Assembly (NCBI RefSeq): GCF_964355755.1
Contig: NC_092679.1
Span: 17,653,432 to 17,717,431 of the forward strand
Reading direction: 5' to 3'
DNA: 64,000 nucleotides
DNA from: Antedon mediterranea
Taxonomy: Eukaryota > Animalia > Echinodermata
The position numbers and the translations under genes are program-made. Under the pieces are notes generated by a model. It did not search any database and had not been told where the DNA came from. It saw only the letters and a list, made by a program, of their open reading frames with translations. The stretch's first letter is position 1, and the number at the start of each line of letters is the position of its first letter. This document shows positions 26,661 to 39,407 of this stretch, piece after piece.

Positions 26661-27153
26661 CCCTAGGCGGTCTATAATATATTTTAGCCCCTCGAATGGA
26701 TATAATTATGCGCTATATGTTGTGTATATTATTATATAGAGAAGAGCTTTTATTTATCACAAAGAAAAACTATTTTAGTTGACGTTAAACGCATGTTCCT
26801 CTAAAGACGATACTTTTTAGCGCCTCTTCTGAGCACTTGAACGCTATATAATTTTTTTTATTATCAGCCCTATTATTCCGTAAAGAGTGAATGTTCGTAT
26901 TTTTCATTTCACCGTCAGGTTAAATAAATATATAATCTTATTTCAAAATAAATGGAAAAGCTTGGTTTAATGATGACATAAAGTCACTTGTTTGACAAGT
27001 CACCGGAAATGATTATTTTCCAGTATTTCCTCTACTTAGTTCCTTATCATCTGCGCATGTGTATATGTATCTCGTCCTCAGAGAGCACTACTTAAAACCA
27101 ATTGTACGGGGAAAGGGACTGCACATTTTTTACCTGGTTTCCGAGGATATACC

Positions 27154-27199
27154 ATGCTTTTTGAACAGCAAAGTTTCAGCAGTTTGTGGCCTCAGTCAG
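27154..27199 (+). CDS. ATF3/Fos-family bZIP gene 1, putative coding exon 1
   Basis: Kozak-like accATG; MLFEQQSFSSLWPQS with phase-1 donor CAG|GTTGGT that splices in frame to the acceptor at 33213. Confidence 0.6.
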
Positions 27200-27476
27200 G
27201 TTGGTAAAATATATTGTTTTAATCTTAGCACTGTATAGGCCTAATCACTATTTTCAATTATAGACTTGTTTCGTTTGATGGGTTTTTTTTTACTATTGAA
27301 TGTAAATAATTGCCTGCTTTAAGAAATCTTACTTTATTTTAAAAATATCTTCAGCAAAAGATGGAGATTTAATTTGTTTAATGTTTATTATTATAATTAT
27401 ATAATAGTACTATGATTTTTGTTAATAATTTTAATTATAACAAACAAATTATTATGATTATAATTCTACTGTATGT

Positions 27477-27835
27477 TAAAGATGTATTGTCCCCCTGAAA
27501 AAATAATTCTTAAATTTTAATTTTTTTTAATATACCATTTTAATGTAGGCCTAACATAACAGTTATCCACTTTGACCAAAAATTGGATCGAAAAAAAATG
27601 TATTTACCTGAAAAAATGTAGTTTAAAGCAAAAAATTGTCAAATTGGCTGCCAGCAAATGGATTTTTGGTTGAATTTAACCATTTATTTTGTCATTTTAC
27701 AAGTGAAAGCATTATTTGTTCCGTTTTTGTTTACTATGGAAGTGATTAACTTTATTAAAACTACAAAATAACATATTCAAAGTCTTATTTAATTAATCTT
27801 CATTTTTCATGTTTTTGGGGGACAATATATCTTTA
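27477..27835. mobile_element. MITE family 2 copy
   Basis: taaagatgtattgtcccc ... ggggacaatatatcttta. Confidence 0.8.
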
Positions 27836-29279
27836 ATTATGATATTTTTACAATCTTTTTGTACAGTAGTTCCTTCATTCTCCTCTTTCAAAATTTGAAA
27901 ACAATAATACTACATGTTCATTAGGAAAACGAGCCCTATTTAACGTGAGCTTTTAGTACCCCGGCTAACCCGGGGTACTATAATTGCCTGTAATTGTTTT
28001 GACCCTGATCAGTCTTGTTGATGGGTAATTAACAGAACAGTGGCCATCAATCATGCAGGAAAGTATCTGGGTACTAAAAGAGGCCAAGCCCACTTTGTTT
28101 GCCAACAGCCAATCACCGACAGCATCAGGTTTCAGTTACAGCATGTTTTAATGATTAGGTAATAGTTTGATTTCATGAAATAAATGAATATTTATATAAT
28201 AGCCTTTTCACGCCTTATAATTATTTAAGTAAGCCTTTATTTCCATGTTTCCTTTTCGATTTTGTACATTTTAACAACATTGTATGGGGAGCTACAAAGT
28301 TCAACCTTAGATTGAGTAGTCAAGCGATCAACCAATTACAATTGAATAATTTTAATTTTATTAATTTACCAATGAAATACATAGCCTACTACAAATGGAT
28401 TCTGAAATAAACTGGGATGGTGCGATGGGATTTGGTAGGGATGTCAAGAGGTACACCATCACATCAGACTCGGGCTGAGGTATAGGCAGGGAGTTGTTAT
28501 TAATAACAACTCCCTGGTATAGGTAGGCCTACAATTTTTGAGAATATGAGCGGGAAATTCAAATAAAATAATGTAGCCGTAGGGGGTGGTACCCATACGC
28601 TTCCCAAAAAGTGTTTGCGCTATATTAGTATATAGGACCAGATATATGAATTAATTAATAATACTAAAAAATCTAAAAAATAAATCTTTTTATTTAAAAA
28701 AATGTAATTGAATGAATGTTAATAAACATAAACGAAACCCATATAAATAACAATCTTTTTTATTGTGTAATAACAAGTTGATGTTATACGATATTATAAT
28801 AGAGGGATTATGCCTCATTTTAGTTGTTTATGTTATTCTAAGAAAACTGCACATAGGCCTACATACATTATGTTCACTTTAGCACTCTAGTATTTTAAAA
28901 CATTGATGACTAGCAATTATACACGCCCGGGCGGGTTTCCTATGTAGTTTTAAAACTTCACAGTACATTCCCGATCATTTGATAACTCATTATCCAGATG
29001 CCCTAAAATGCACCCACCTCCCCAACACACACCCGCACTCGGGGATTTTTTAACTTATAATGTTAAACTTCCTGGTACAAATTCTATTGCACACCCCGGC
29101 TTTATGACGGTTTTCAAATGCAGTTAAAACATACCCCCAGTTCACATTACTCATGTGGTCATTGATACTAACCCCAGCAAATCACTAAGCCTCCAACCCC
29201 TCTAACCTCTGCACACTGTGATTTTTTTAAATATAGTTTAAAACCTTCCCAGTACAATTGTGGTCATACAATCACGAAA

Positions 29280-30065
29280 TATTGTGCTACCTACATTTGA
29301 GAAAGTGTGCTCCTCTTTGAGAAATTGTGCAATATGCAACATTCAGGAAATTGTGCTACCTTTTTGAGAAATAATTGTGCTAACCATTCGGGAAATTGTG
29401 CTACCTCTTTGAGAAATTGTGCTACCCATTCGGGAAATTGTGCTACCTCTTTGAGAAATTGTGCTAACCATTCGGGAAATTGTGCTACCTCTTTGAGAAA
29501 TTGTGCTAACCATTCGAGAAATTGTGCTACCCATTCGGGAAATTGTGCTACCTCTTTGAGAAATTGTGCTACCCATTCGGGAAATTGTGCTACCTCTTTG
29601 AGAAATTGTGCTAACCATTCCGGAAATTGTGCTACCTCTTTGAGAAATTATGCAATCCTTTCGGGAAATTGTGCTACCTCTTTGAGAAATTGTGCTAACC
29701 ATTTGGGAAATTGTGCTACCTCTTTGAGAAATTGTGCTAACCATTCGGGAAATTGTGCTACCTCTTTGAGAAATTGTGCTAACCATTCGGGAAATTGTGC
29801 TACCTCTTTGAGAAATTGTGCTAACCATTTGGGAAATTGTGCTACCTCTTTGAGACATTGTGCTAACCATTCGGGAAATTGTGCTACCTCTTTGAGAAAT
29901 TGTGCTAACCATTTGAGAAATTGTGCTCCCTCTTTGAGAAATTGTGCTAACCATTCGGGAAATTGTGCTACCTCTTTGAGAAATTGTGCAATCCATTCCG
30001 AAAGTTGTGCTACTTCTTTGAGAAATTGTACGTACGGTATACCTATTTGAGAAATTGTGCTATCT
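29280..30065. repeat. 21-bp minisatellite with a 42-bp dimeric higher-order unit
   Basis: Alternating ggaaattgtgctacctctttg / agaaattgtgctaaccattcg; explains the repetitive ORFs at 29307-30091. Confidence 0.95.
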
Positions 30066-30214
30066 TTTTCACGTTTTTTCATCCCCTTCATAATCCATAT
30101 TCCTATATCTTACCATGCACCAACTCATTCCAAATGTTAAAGGATACAAGATAATACTGTGACGGGATTTAATATATGTGCCAACAATACTTTATCGCAT
30201 TATGCAGGTTCACA

Positions 30215-30950
30215 TTTTTAGTCGCGTGCACGCGACTCTATAGTTCACTATGTCGGTCGGTCGGTCCGTCTGTCTGTCGGTCCGGTATCACTATGCATGT
30301 TATCGCTTTCTGACCTTATCTTGATATCAGTTTAATCTAGCTAAGTCAATTTTTCACAGTATATTCCTTATGGCCAGGAATCGATGTGGTTATGTTTTCA
30401 CGGTGCGCAATAAAAAATTACGCGGTCTACGCACGATTTAACGAAATCACGTTTGTAATCATATCTTCACAACCATGAATCACAATTAAATAAAATTTGG
30501 TACTCATAAATTTCAGGGCATAAATCATTATATGGCAATACAATTACGTGCGTAGCGCATGTAACGCATGCGTACGCGCGCTTAAAATTTTCAAAATTTA
30601 TTTTCGATGAAATAAGAGTACGTTTCAGGCAATTTTAAGCGTTTACAAAATTGCCATGAGTGCGCAGATTTTTGCGCGCGCACTGCGCGTTAAATGTTAT
30701 TGCGCACTCTTTTTGCCCGATTTCTGTTTTCTTGACTTACTTTTCAACTAGAAATTACGTTATATGAGCACGTCAAAAGTGACAGGCTACGCACGTGTAA
30801 ATTAAAAAAATATAAATGTTTTTAAACATTTCAACATTTTTACACATGTTCAGTAGTTCACTATGTCGGTCGGTCTGTCGGTCTGTCTGTCGGTCGGTCC
30901 GGTATCACTATGCATTGTAGCACGCGACTTAATGGCTGTTGGCCTTGTTT
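30215..30950 (+). mobile_element. Helentron-associated non-autonomous element (HINE/DINE-1-like), copy 2
   Basis: tttttAGTCGCGTG-CACGCGACT 5' hairpin, (GTCT/GTCG)n tracts, 3' cacgcgact then ggctgttggcc and ttgttt; near-identical to 14859-15648. Confidence 0.7.
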
Positions 30951-33212
30951 TTTAACGGACAGGAATTTTTTAAGAATATATACTCTATAAAATTTAATTC
31001 AAATTAGGCCCATAATATATGTTTACATGGCAATTGTTAATTTTCAAATTAAAATAAATATATAACATGCACATACAGATTTTATTCAGTGTATTAATTA
31101 CAGTATCTGATTTTTTAGTTAATCGTTAAAATAATGATATCCTGGCCTATAACAAAAATGTTCCATCTGTAACATTAACCACCATTTTTTAATATTTACT
31201 TAGACCTAATCTATTGATTACAATTCAGGAGTTACAAATTAAGAGTTAACATTTTTGGTATCATTACTTCACACAACTTAGACAAACAAATGTCACATTA
31301 ATGTGAAAAAAAAACTGAACTATTATGTATTGAGAAAAACATAAATATATATTTCCTCCATAAATGTGCATACAATTGGGGTATACTCAAGAAAAGGGGT
31401 TTATAATTGAGACATAAAGTAACTATTATATAAAATATGATTATAAAATACAGTATTTAATTGTTTGCTTATAATTTGAAATAGTATTACTGTACTATTT
31501 ATTATAGGCCTATATATTTAACATTAGAGGGGTGGCAAATCCATAGAGATCATTTTGAGATCTCAGCTGAAGAACATGAAATAGTTTATAAATATAGTTT
31601 TAATTTCAAAACAAAAGTTTTTGCTTTTCCAGCGATTTTAGTCTGGGTGCACAAAACACAAATTTTTATTTTAAACTCATCTCTACAGTTCATTCTTTGG
31701 CTCCCTGCTGTTAGATTAGAACTGACCTTGCTAACCACAAGGCCACTTGCATTCTTTAATTTTGTGTGCAAAAAATTTACCCATGGTATAATGGTGGTTT
31801 CTAAATACAATGAGTGACCAATTCCAAAATAGGCTGTGCATTGCAGCCAATCAGAAGCAAGGAAGGCTGAGCCTGGAAGATGAACAAGGTGTTACGTGAT
31901 TTATTAATTGCCTAAGACATTAATGACTGGCTTTAGGCAAAAATAAACAAGTAAGATGCCAGAGGCAAAAGCTCACGCTAAATAGGGCTCGTTCTCCTAA
32001 TGATTGTAATGGTTGCAAAAGTATAATATATAACAATATAATATAAACAAAAAATATACTGCTGCGTCACGACTCCGACAAAAACAGACAGGATCTTTGT
32101 TACAAATATCACCTTTTCCTTAAGCCGTATTAAAAAAATATTACTAATAAATAAATTAATAAAAATGTGTATCGTAATTATTATTATAAAGTATTGGTAT
32201 ACTTTATATTGTCAATAATGTGTGATTTATACAATATGTGATGACGATGAACACAATTTTTAGTGACGTCACATGTAGCCAACGCGTTACGTTGCAACAT
32301 AACAGTGTGCAATAAGTATATGACTCATATGAAAGTGTAATTTAATGACGAGTTGATAAACGATTATTAACCTACACATGGTACTTATTTCTTCCTGTTT
32401 GTTTGGTATATTAAAGTTGACTTTCAAAGAGTGACACTGATGGGAACATTTCATCCCAAATCGTGTTGCCTTCATTAGGCGGAAATAATTCTTTACTCGT
32501 TTCAAAAGCTCTTGCGGAAACTGTTAGTTCCAAAAGTTCGCCAAGTAGAATGAACACTAAATTCTTTGTGGTATCAAAAGTAATAACAAACCACTTCATT
32601 ATTCAATTGTGGCCTCGCTATGAGAACGATTTTGTGTTTTATATATAGATTGGCATTGTTTATTCGAAACTCTGGTCTGGACAGGATTTGCTAACCATTA
32701 TCCTGTTCAGACTTGTACGTTGATTTTAAAAACGTGCGATCGTTTTTGTGAAATGTCCCCCAAAAACATGAAAAATAAAGATAATATCAGACTTTGAATG
32801 TATTATTTTGTAGTTTTAATAGTCATTCACTTCTTTAAAAAACCTCAAAGAATAATTATTTCACTTATAAAAAGAAAAAAGAAACGGTTAATTTTAACCA
32901 AAAAACCATTGTCTGACAGACAATTTAGACTTTTTTTTAGGTAAATAATGTTGTTTTCGATCAAATTTATAATCAATTTTTAGGCACTAAAATACGTGAC
33001 GTTAAAATGGCATATTTAACAACAAAATTGAAAATTGGGGGACAATATATCTTTAGAGTATAGTCTTATATTATATATAAATGTTTAATATTTAAGTAAA
33101 AGATATTTCTATAATTCTTTCTTAAATTGAACAAAATGTTTGATTTCTTTTATTTTAATAGCAAGGCGGTTTACAAACAAACTTATTTATGGTGGTATAT
33201 TGTATTTTTCAG

Positions 33213-33436
33213 ATAATATAGATATGTATTCAACTTTTGACAGTCAGTCTGCTCTTCAAGGTGATAATCCAATGTTCTCTGACAGCTCTCAGGCCCAATA
33301 CGAGGACGGAACAAACCACTTGGAGGAGGCTAAACACTTAGAGGATATCCGACTAGGTATCTTGCAAAAGCGAATACAAATGGGCCTAGGTCATATAAAC
33401 CTACAGACATTATGGAGACTGAGTGGTCCACATAAG
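33213..33436 (+). CDS. bZIP gene 1 (ATF3/JDP2-like), coding exon 2
   Basis: tttttcAG| to AAG|GTagat; ...MYSTFDSQ...AKHLEDIRLGILQKRIQMGL...GPHK. The 'EDIRLGILQKR' segment resembles the ATF3 'KEELRFAIQNK' box. Confidence 0.8.
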
Positions 33437-33936
33437 GTAGATACTTCATTTACATTATCAAACCTATTCTATCCAAATACTTGGCTAAAACAAATATATC
33501 TGTCAAGCATTGGTAAATTCATATATTTTCTATTCTTTCGGAGAAACTTGTGTAAATTATTTGTAAATAGTAAATTTGATCCGATTTTTGAAAATTATAA
33601 AATAGATCGAAACGTTGAATTCTCAATAATATCTTTTCTGTCTCTTAATTCATTAATTTGGAGTTGGTCTATTTTATCTGAAACTATATTAAATTCATCT
33701 TCGCATAGAAATAGATGATCTTCTGGTATTTTTTATTCTAGAATAAGATCGAATCGTTTTATTAAATCATCTGTAATAGTGTATTTGCCTTTACAATAAC
33801 AATTAAAATAAACATAACTTTATTTGCAATTTATTGAATCGTCAAAGCAAACTCTGATCAGAACGTGGCTTCTCCATAGAGCCAAACATAGAGCCAAACA
33901 TTTATTGAATACTCTTTCTTTTTCAATAAAATTTAG

Positions 33937-34044
33937 CTAAGTCCTGAGGAAGAGCAGAAACGTAATCAGAGGCGGGAACGTAATCGCCAGGCTGCAGCGA
34001 GATGTAGAGAAAGAAGACGTCAGCGAGCATACGTACTGGTTCAG
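33937..34044 (+). CDS. bZIP gene 1, basic-region exon
   Basis: 108-nt phase-0 exon LSPEEEQKRNQRRERNRQAAARCRERRRQRAYVLVQ; matches the Fos basic-region exon ([28 protein letters not shown]). Confidence 0.95.
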
Positions 34045-34414
34045 GTAAACATTCTATAACTTAAATAGACAAGATTGGGCCTACCTGTACCCATAGGATT
34101 CAATTAGGGGGACTACATGACCTTTGACCTTGATTACCTAACGAACGCAAACTCGGTCTTTCTTATACCCAACTGCACCCACCCACAAAGTTTTAAGATC
34201 TTGCGACACATATAGTTTCTGAATAAAGCCGGACAGACGGACAGACACATAAGTACCGTATAAATAACACGCCCTCAGTATACAAACACAATAAAGTATT
34301 ATTACTACTTGACTACAGAGGTTGCACTCCTATTATTACTTCAATATATCTATAGGCCTCAATGCAAATATTATGGACCGTTTTAATTCAGTTGAAAATA
34401 ATTTTTTTTTTTAG

Positions 34415-34672
34415 GAAGCCGAAGAACTTGAAAATAGTAATGATGACCTAAAGAAAGAAATACAGGCTTTAGAGCACCAAAGACAGCAGTTAGCCAAAGT
34501 GTTAAATGAACACCAACCGAATTGCGCCGTTCAAGAACCAGCAAAAGGAATAAGTCTGCTAGAATCTGCTGAATGTCTTGCACAGTCTGTAGCACAATGT
34601 CCAATAGAAAGTGAACTGAGATCTTCATGTATAGTGAAGACAGCTTCTTTTTGGCCAACATCTTCAATGTAA
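34415..34672 (+). CDS. bZIP gene 1, leucine-zipper/terminal exon
   Basis: EAEELENSNDDLKKEIQALEHQRQQLAKVLNEHQPNC...PTSSM*; Leu heptads plus the Fos/ATF3 HxxxC motif. Confidence 0.92.
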   Translation, partial: EAEELENSNDDLKKEIQALEHQRQQLAKVLNEHQPNCAVQEPAKGISLLESAECLAQSVAQCPIESELRSSCIVKTASFWPTSSM

Positions 34673-36809
34673 CGCCGTCAATTTTGAATATTATTTAAAG
34701 TTTCAATGTATTCAGAAATAACTCAAAGTTACACACGGATATCTACAAGGTTAAACAAATTCCGGATTTGTTCAGATTCAACATTTGTTCAGATTCAGGC
34801 TTTCGTAAATTCATGATTTTTAAAGAGCCATAACCGACTGTTCATCACTTATATTCGTTATTTTTTCTAAACGATGTTGCTTTTAAAGACGTTTTCCTAC
34901 GGAATATCGGCCGATGAGAAGCATTGGTCCGAATTCCTTACTAACACATCCAGTACTATTTACAGAGTCATCCACCTTTATATAATTCTCTCGATGTACA
35001 TATTGATATTGGTATGCCTAACAGCCGTTTCATTTATACACAATGTGCAATACGTATACACGGCAGGTCCGCGTAAAACAAAAGCAATTTTATAATTGAA
35101 TAACATTTGGATGGAGTTTGCACTCCATAACCGTAACCGTAATCTCATTTAAAGATTACGGTGCAATGGTATTATGTCCTTACCATGCAAAATGAAATAT
35201 ACTACAGGTACTAATTGCTTCGTATATTTATTGTTTATTTATTTTTTCACGATAACATCCATAATTTTTAAGTTATTATTATTATTATCCTGATAATTAG
35301 GTATATACCACCAAAATACCATGTCTATTTATTTTTTAGAAGAACGATTGACGTCAAAAAAGCTTATTAAAATCTCGTTTTCTTTATATCTCTAATATGG
35401 GCCGACATATAAAATAGTGACTGCCGTATTTCGTTCCGTTTCTGAGCACTTGCTATTTCTTATATTGATTATAAGATCAGCATTTTTTATTATTATTGTT
35501 GTTGTTATAGCATTAGTATCAATTCCAATTCAATTCAATTCAACACCATCGTCCATCAACACTACATTATTACCATATTCATCTTCAATAACATAATTAT
35601 TATTATATTTAGTAAATAGTTGCAATTATTTTACCTATAGTTTTATGTATGTTTTGTATATGATATTTTTATTTTACCTTTGCAAGGCTGGTCCTTATTG
35701 TCGCGATAGATTGCATTTTAATAATGTATTATTATTAAGAATATTAATTTGTACATTAATCATTTTACGAACATTTTATATGTAATAAATATTATATTGC
35801 CTCACTGGTTGAGGATTTTATACTGTATATTATGGTATTAATACTATTTTATAAAATAAATCATGTAGATGTGTGTTTGAATTGCTGTGATAAAACAATA
35901 CTGCCCTCAAGAGTCATGCCATTCCTATCATTCTGTGTGCGCATGTGCATCAAAGTCAACTGCCCTTTTACTCCTGTTGTAAATCAATAGTTTTACTTCA
36001 CCAGTTACGTTTTTTTTCACGATACAAACAACTTAAAATAATTTATTTGCAGTATCTATTGTAAGGCCCAGTAATATGGTCGAATCGTATATGATTTATT
36101 AAACGCGCATTATACCACTCCAAGCGCAATCAATAAGCCTATAGCACGTTGAATCAGTAGGCCTATTTTTTGTATTACAACATTTATGGTGAACAAATAT
36201 AATTACGATACGATAGTTGGATTGTCATTTTTACAACTAGGAACAAATGAAATTTGGTTGTTGATTTACATTTGATTTACATACAATATAGGCCTCTACA
36301 AATATATAATGACAACAAAAAAAGAGTTTAACCAATACATTATTGTTATTATTTATTCAGGCAAAAGATACATTTCACAAAAAATAATACAAATCAACAA
36401 ATTAAACAAACACGACGCAAAAAGAAAACTAAAATTATTGCCACTAGGAAAGCACAAAAGCAGCCTAAGCCACTGTCACCAATTAGGTGTGTACCATGAC
36501 CTCCAACTAGTGACTAATTAAGGAGATCTAACGAATTTGCTATTAAATACGTGAATAGAATTATAAACAAATGATTGTCGGCAAAGTTTAGTGTTACTCA
36601 GTAACATGTTGTAATACCTGAACTGTATACTTTATATACGGGGAATCACCGACTATTTTATCACGCTTACATTTTATTTCATATTTGTTTCCTGGAACAA
36701 TACAATTGACAACGTACATTGTTCCGGATACCAAAGTATATTTATCCTGTTCGGTTTATTCACGAATATTAAAGAAAACGCCATTTTGTAAGCATTCCTT
36801 CCACTATTT

Positions 36810-37160
36810 GAGTGAGTCAAATGACCGAGCGGTTAAGGGGGGATGTGGATAGAGGTGCTTGTCACCTGTTCATCCCTTTCTTTTTGCTGTCTCTGTATGC
36901 AGTGATAAAGTTTAATAAATAAAATAAATAAATAAAATAAAGGCAGGGGAGCCGTACCTAAAGAGCCACACAACATCGGCAAGGGTTTGAGGCCGACTCG
37001 CTCCTAGTTCTGGTTGTGAAACAAGTCTTCTCAGATAAGGACTATAAACCATAGGTCCAGTGTACACAGTTATAACCTGTGTGCACTTTAAAGACCCGGT
37101 TCATTATTCGAGAAGAGTAGGGGGTGGGGAGGGGATTACCCCGGTGAACTGGTTCACAAA
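36810..37160 (+). mobile_element. Deu-domain-like SINE, interrupted by a short poly(AAAT)-tailed insert (~36838-36942)
   Basis: 'tgaccgagcggttaag' head, then 'cagataaggactataaaccataggtcc...gtgcactttaaaga...gagtagggg...cccggtg'. Confidence 0.7.
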
Positions 37161-37408
37161 ATGGCCCTGTATCAGAGGGATTACCACATATATGATAGGA
37201 TAGTGAATAATTTACTATTGGTAATCCTTGGTCACATTGCCTAAATACATAGGCCTAAAATAAAAAAATAAATAAATATTTTACAATTTTTTAAAACTTA
37301 TTATTAACTTAAATATAATATTAGAATACCTGTACTACTTTTTTCATTATTCATTGAGTAATTAGACTATATATATATACATGTATTTCTCGTCACCACA
37401 GTGCATTC

Positions 37409-37655
37409 ATGACGTCAATATGTGACAGAAAGCGTCACTTGACATAGTATGCAAATGAAATTAGCATATATAAGCAAGTGGAGTCATCCACAAACTAACA
37501 GTTAGGCGCTACTTTTTTACATTATTTCATTGACAAACAATCAGGTAGTGTATCGGCCTACAGCAGATTCCCTTTACCGTATTATGACGTCAATATAAAA
37601 GTGTTTCAGGAATCGTAAACTGACATAGTATGCAAATTAAAATTAGCATATTATG
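37409..37655 (+). promoter_or_regulatory. Duplicated CRE + octamer (+TATA) module upstream of bZIP gene 2
   Basis: TGACGTCA at 37410 and 37585, ATGCAAAT at 37449 and 37630, shared 'tgacatagtatgcaaat..aattagcata'; TATATAA at ~37467 in the first copy only. Confidence 0.6.
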
Positions 37656-38369
37656 CCAAAGGTGGGAGTCCCACATTGTTTACGCTTGAGTGTGTGACTT
37701 GAGAAAGGGTTGTTTTTAGGAGTATTTGGCCTGTTTGAAAGAAGAATACGAATATCGAAGATTTACTGTGTTTATAGGACACGCTCGTTTATGTATTGAA
37801 ACGTTTCGAGACAAATAATATTAACAAAGTTGAATTTAGAAAGTAAAGCAAAGTTCCTGTAATTAACAAACAAACGATGAAATATAATTGCCGAAACTGA
37901 CATGCATGAATGAACATTGAAAAACACAGTACACGAGAGTTGCAAAGGTTGGCAATAATACGTAAACAAAACAATTATTTGTATTTTATTCTGTGTGGTT
38001 TTTTGCCGAACGTGAAAGATAACACGTCATATCTTGGAATTCGTGTGGATTATGATGTAATGTAAATACGTAAATGTTTGTATTTTTCTAAATAAATAAG
38101 TCAAGCACTCATCCGACGATCACGTCTAGATGTTTTATCCAAAACAAGACTGACACAACTGCGGACTTAAATCTTCAACGTCGCGGTAAGTTTCATGTAA
38201 TTATATTATATATGTTAAAACTCACTTATTAATAATAGACATTGTCTGTCAATCACGCATAAAAATACCTATACAAACCCCATAACTGTATACCGGTATG
38301 TTACCAATATGACATAATTCCGATGCTCTATGTATTATAGAGGGTCGATAACATGTAGGCCTAACTGTT

Positions 38370-38553
38370 AGGAGCTCGTTGTACTAAGCCTCTGCATTAT
38401 GTGGTAGGGTGGCCAGTTCCTTTCCACGCCGCCTTTTTCTCCCTAGTATTTTCAACCAGGTACTCATTTACAGCTGAGTGGACTGGGAGTTGTCGGGAAT
38501 TGAACCCGGGTCTATCTGTATGACAGTCAAGTGTCCTAACCACTCGGCTATCC
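38370..38553 (-). mobile_element. tRNA-derived SINE with Meta/V-domain-like core
   Basis: Minus strand: TAGCCGAGTGG A box, GGTTCAATTCC B box, followed by cccagtccactcagctgtaaatgagtacctgg. Confidence 0.65.
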
Positions 38554-39311
38554 AAATCCTTGGGATACAGAATGGATATTTGACTTTATCTTAGTTTTAT
38601 AGCAAGTTTGTTAGATCTCTGTAATTTCTTGTTGTATTTATATCAAATGTAAATCAACAAACCTAATTTCAGTTGTACCTTGTTGTATAAATGATAATAA
38701 ATACTACCGTATCGTATTGTGGTACTCCGCAAACGCACACGGTACACCTTATTCCATTCGTTAAATTGTCTTCGACCACCATTTAGCTATGAAAATAATA
38801 ATATTAATATTTAAAAAGTCCGATAAACAAATACAGTAAACACGAGGAAGGTAATTTTCTATAAACTATAATATTATTTACGCTCAGTCAGTCAGCACTG
38901 AGTACTTAGTTAATTATAAAGTTGTGTGCCGTTATTGTTATAATGTTTGGTTACAATCGGGATTGTGTTTGTATCCGGATTCGGCATTCATGTAGGAAAT
39001 TTCCATAAAGCTTTGTCTACACTATCAAACTTTAAGTGAAACAAAATATCATATCACTACCATATTTGGACATAATTATCTCTACCATATTTTGGACACA
39101 TCACACTCTTGTCACACTCTTGTCAAACTAGTTTGATAGTGTAGCCGGAGCTTACAAAGAGATCACAAATAATATGGGCCTATACATCATTGTTATTAAT
39201 TTGCAAAATGCAAGAATGTATAACTGTGTATATGTATCTAGTAGATTCAATTTGATAATACTATAGCATTTACCTTACAGTAAAATGTTGAACATTTGTT
39301 TTTGTAGAATC

Positions 39312-39407
39312 ATGGCCTTGGTACCACTTCTTACCGGAGGCAGGAATATGGATCACCATATCCAATTCAAGTCCGACTGTTTTGACAACTCTGATACAAA
39401 TAATAAG
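39312..39407 (+). CDS. bZIP gene 2, putative first coding exon
   Basis: ttttgtAG|aatcATG ... AAG|GTactg; MALVPLLTGGRNMDHHIQFKSDCFDNSDTNNK, phase 0, compatible with the next exon; upstream non-coding donor CG|GTAAGT at ~38186. Confidence 0.65.

Larger units (their letters stand above)
27919..32002. mobile_element. ~4.1-kb non-autonomous TIR element (36-bp TIRs) in intron 1 of bZIP gene 1
   Basis: cattaggaaaacgagccctatttaacgtgagctttt (27919-27954) vs aaaagctcacgctaaatagggctcgttctcctaatg (31967-32002): 34/36 inverted match. Confidence 0.65.

Noticed and set aside
29307-30091. 247-aa Cys-rich repetitive ORF and its antisense ORFs
   Set aside because: Read-through of a 21/42-bp satellite open in several frames on both strands; intronic and inside a TIR element
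33437-33718. C-terminal half of the 192-aa ORF 33140-33718
   Set aside because: Intron read-through after the AAG|GT donor; the bZIP continues at 33937
38480-38553. tRNA-Asp(GTC) gene
   Set aside because: The acceptor stem is not properly formed and it runs directly into a SINE core, so it is treated as a SINE head
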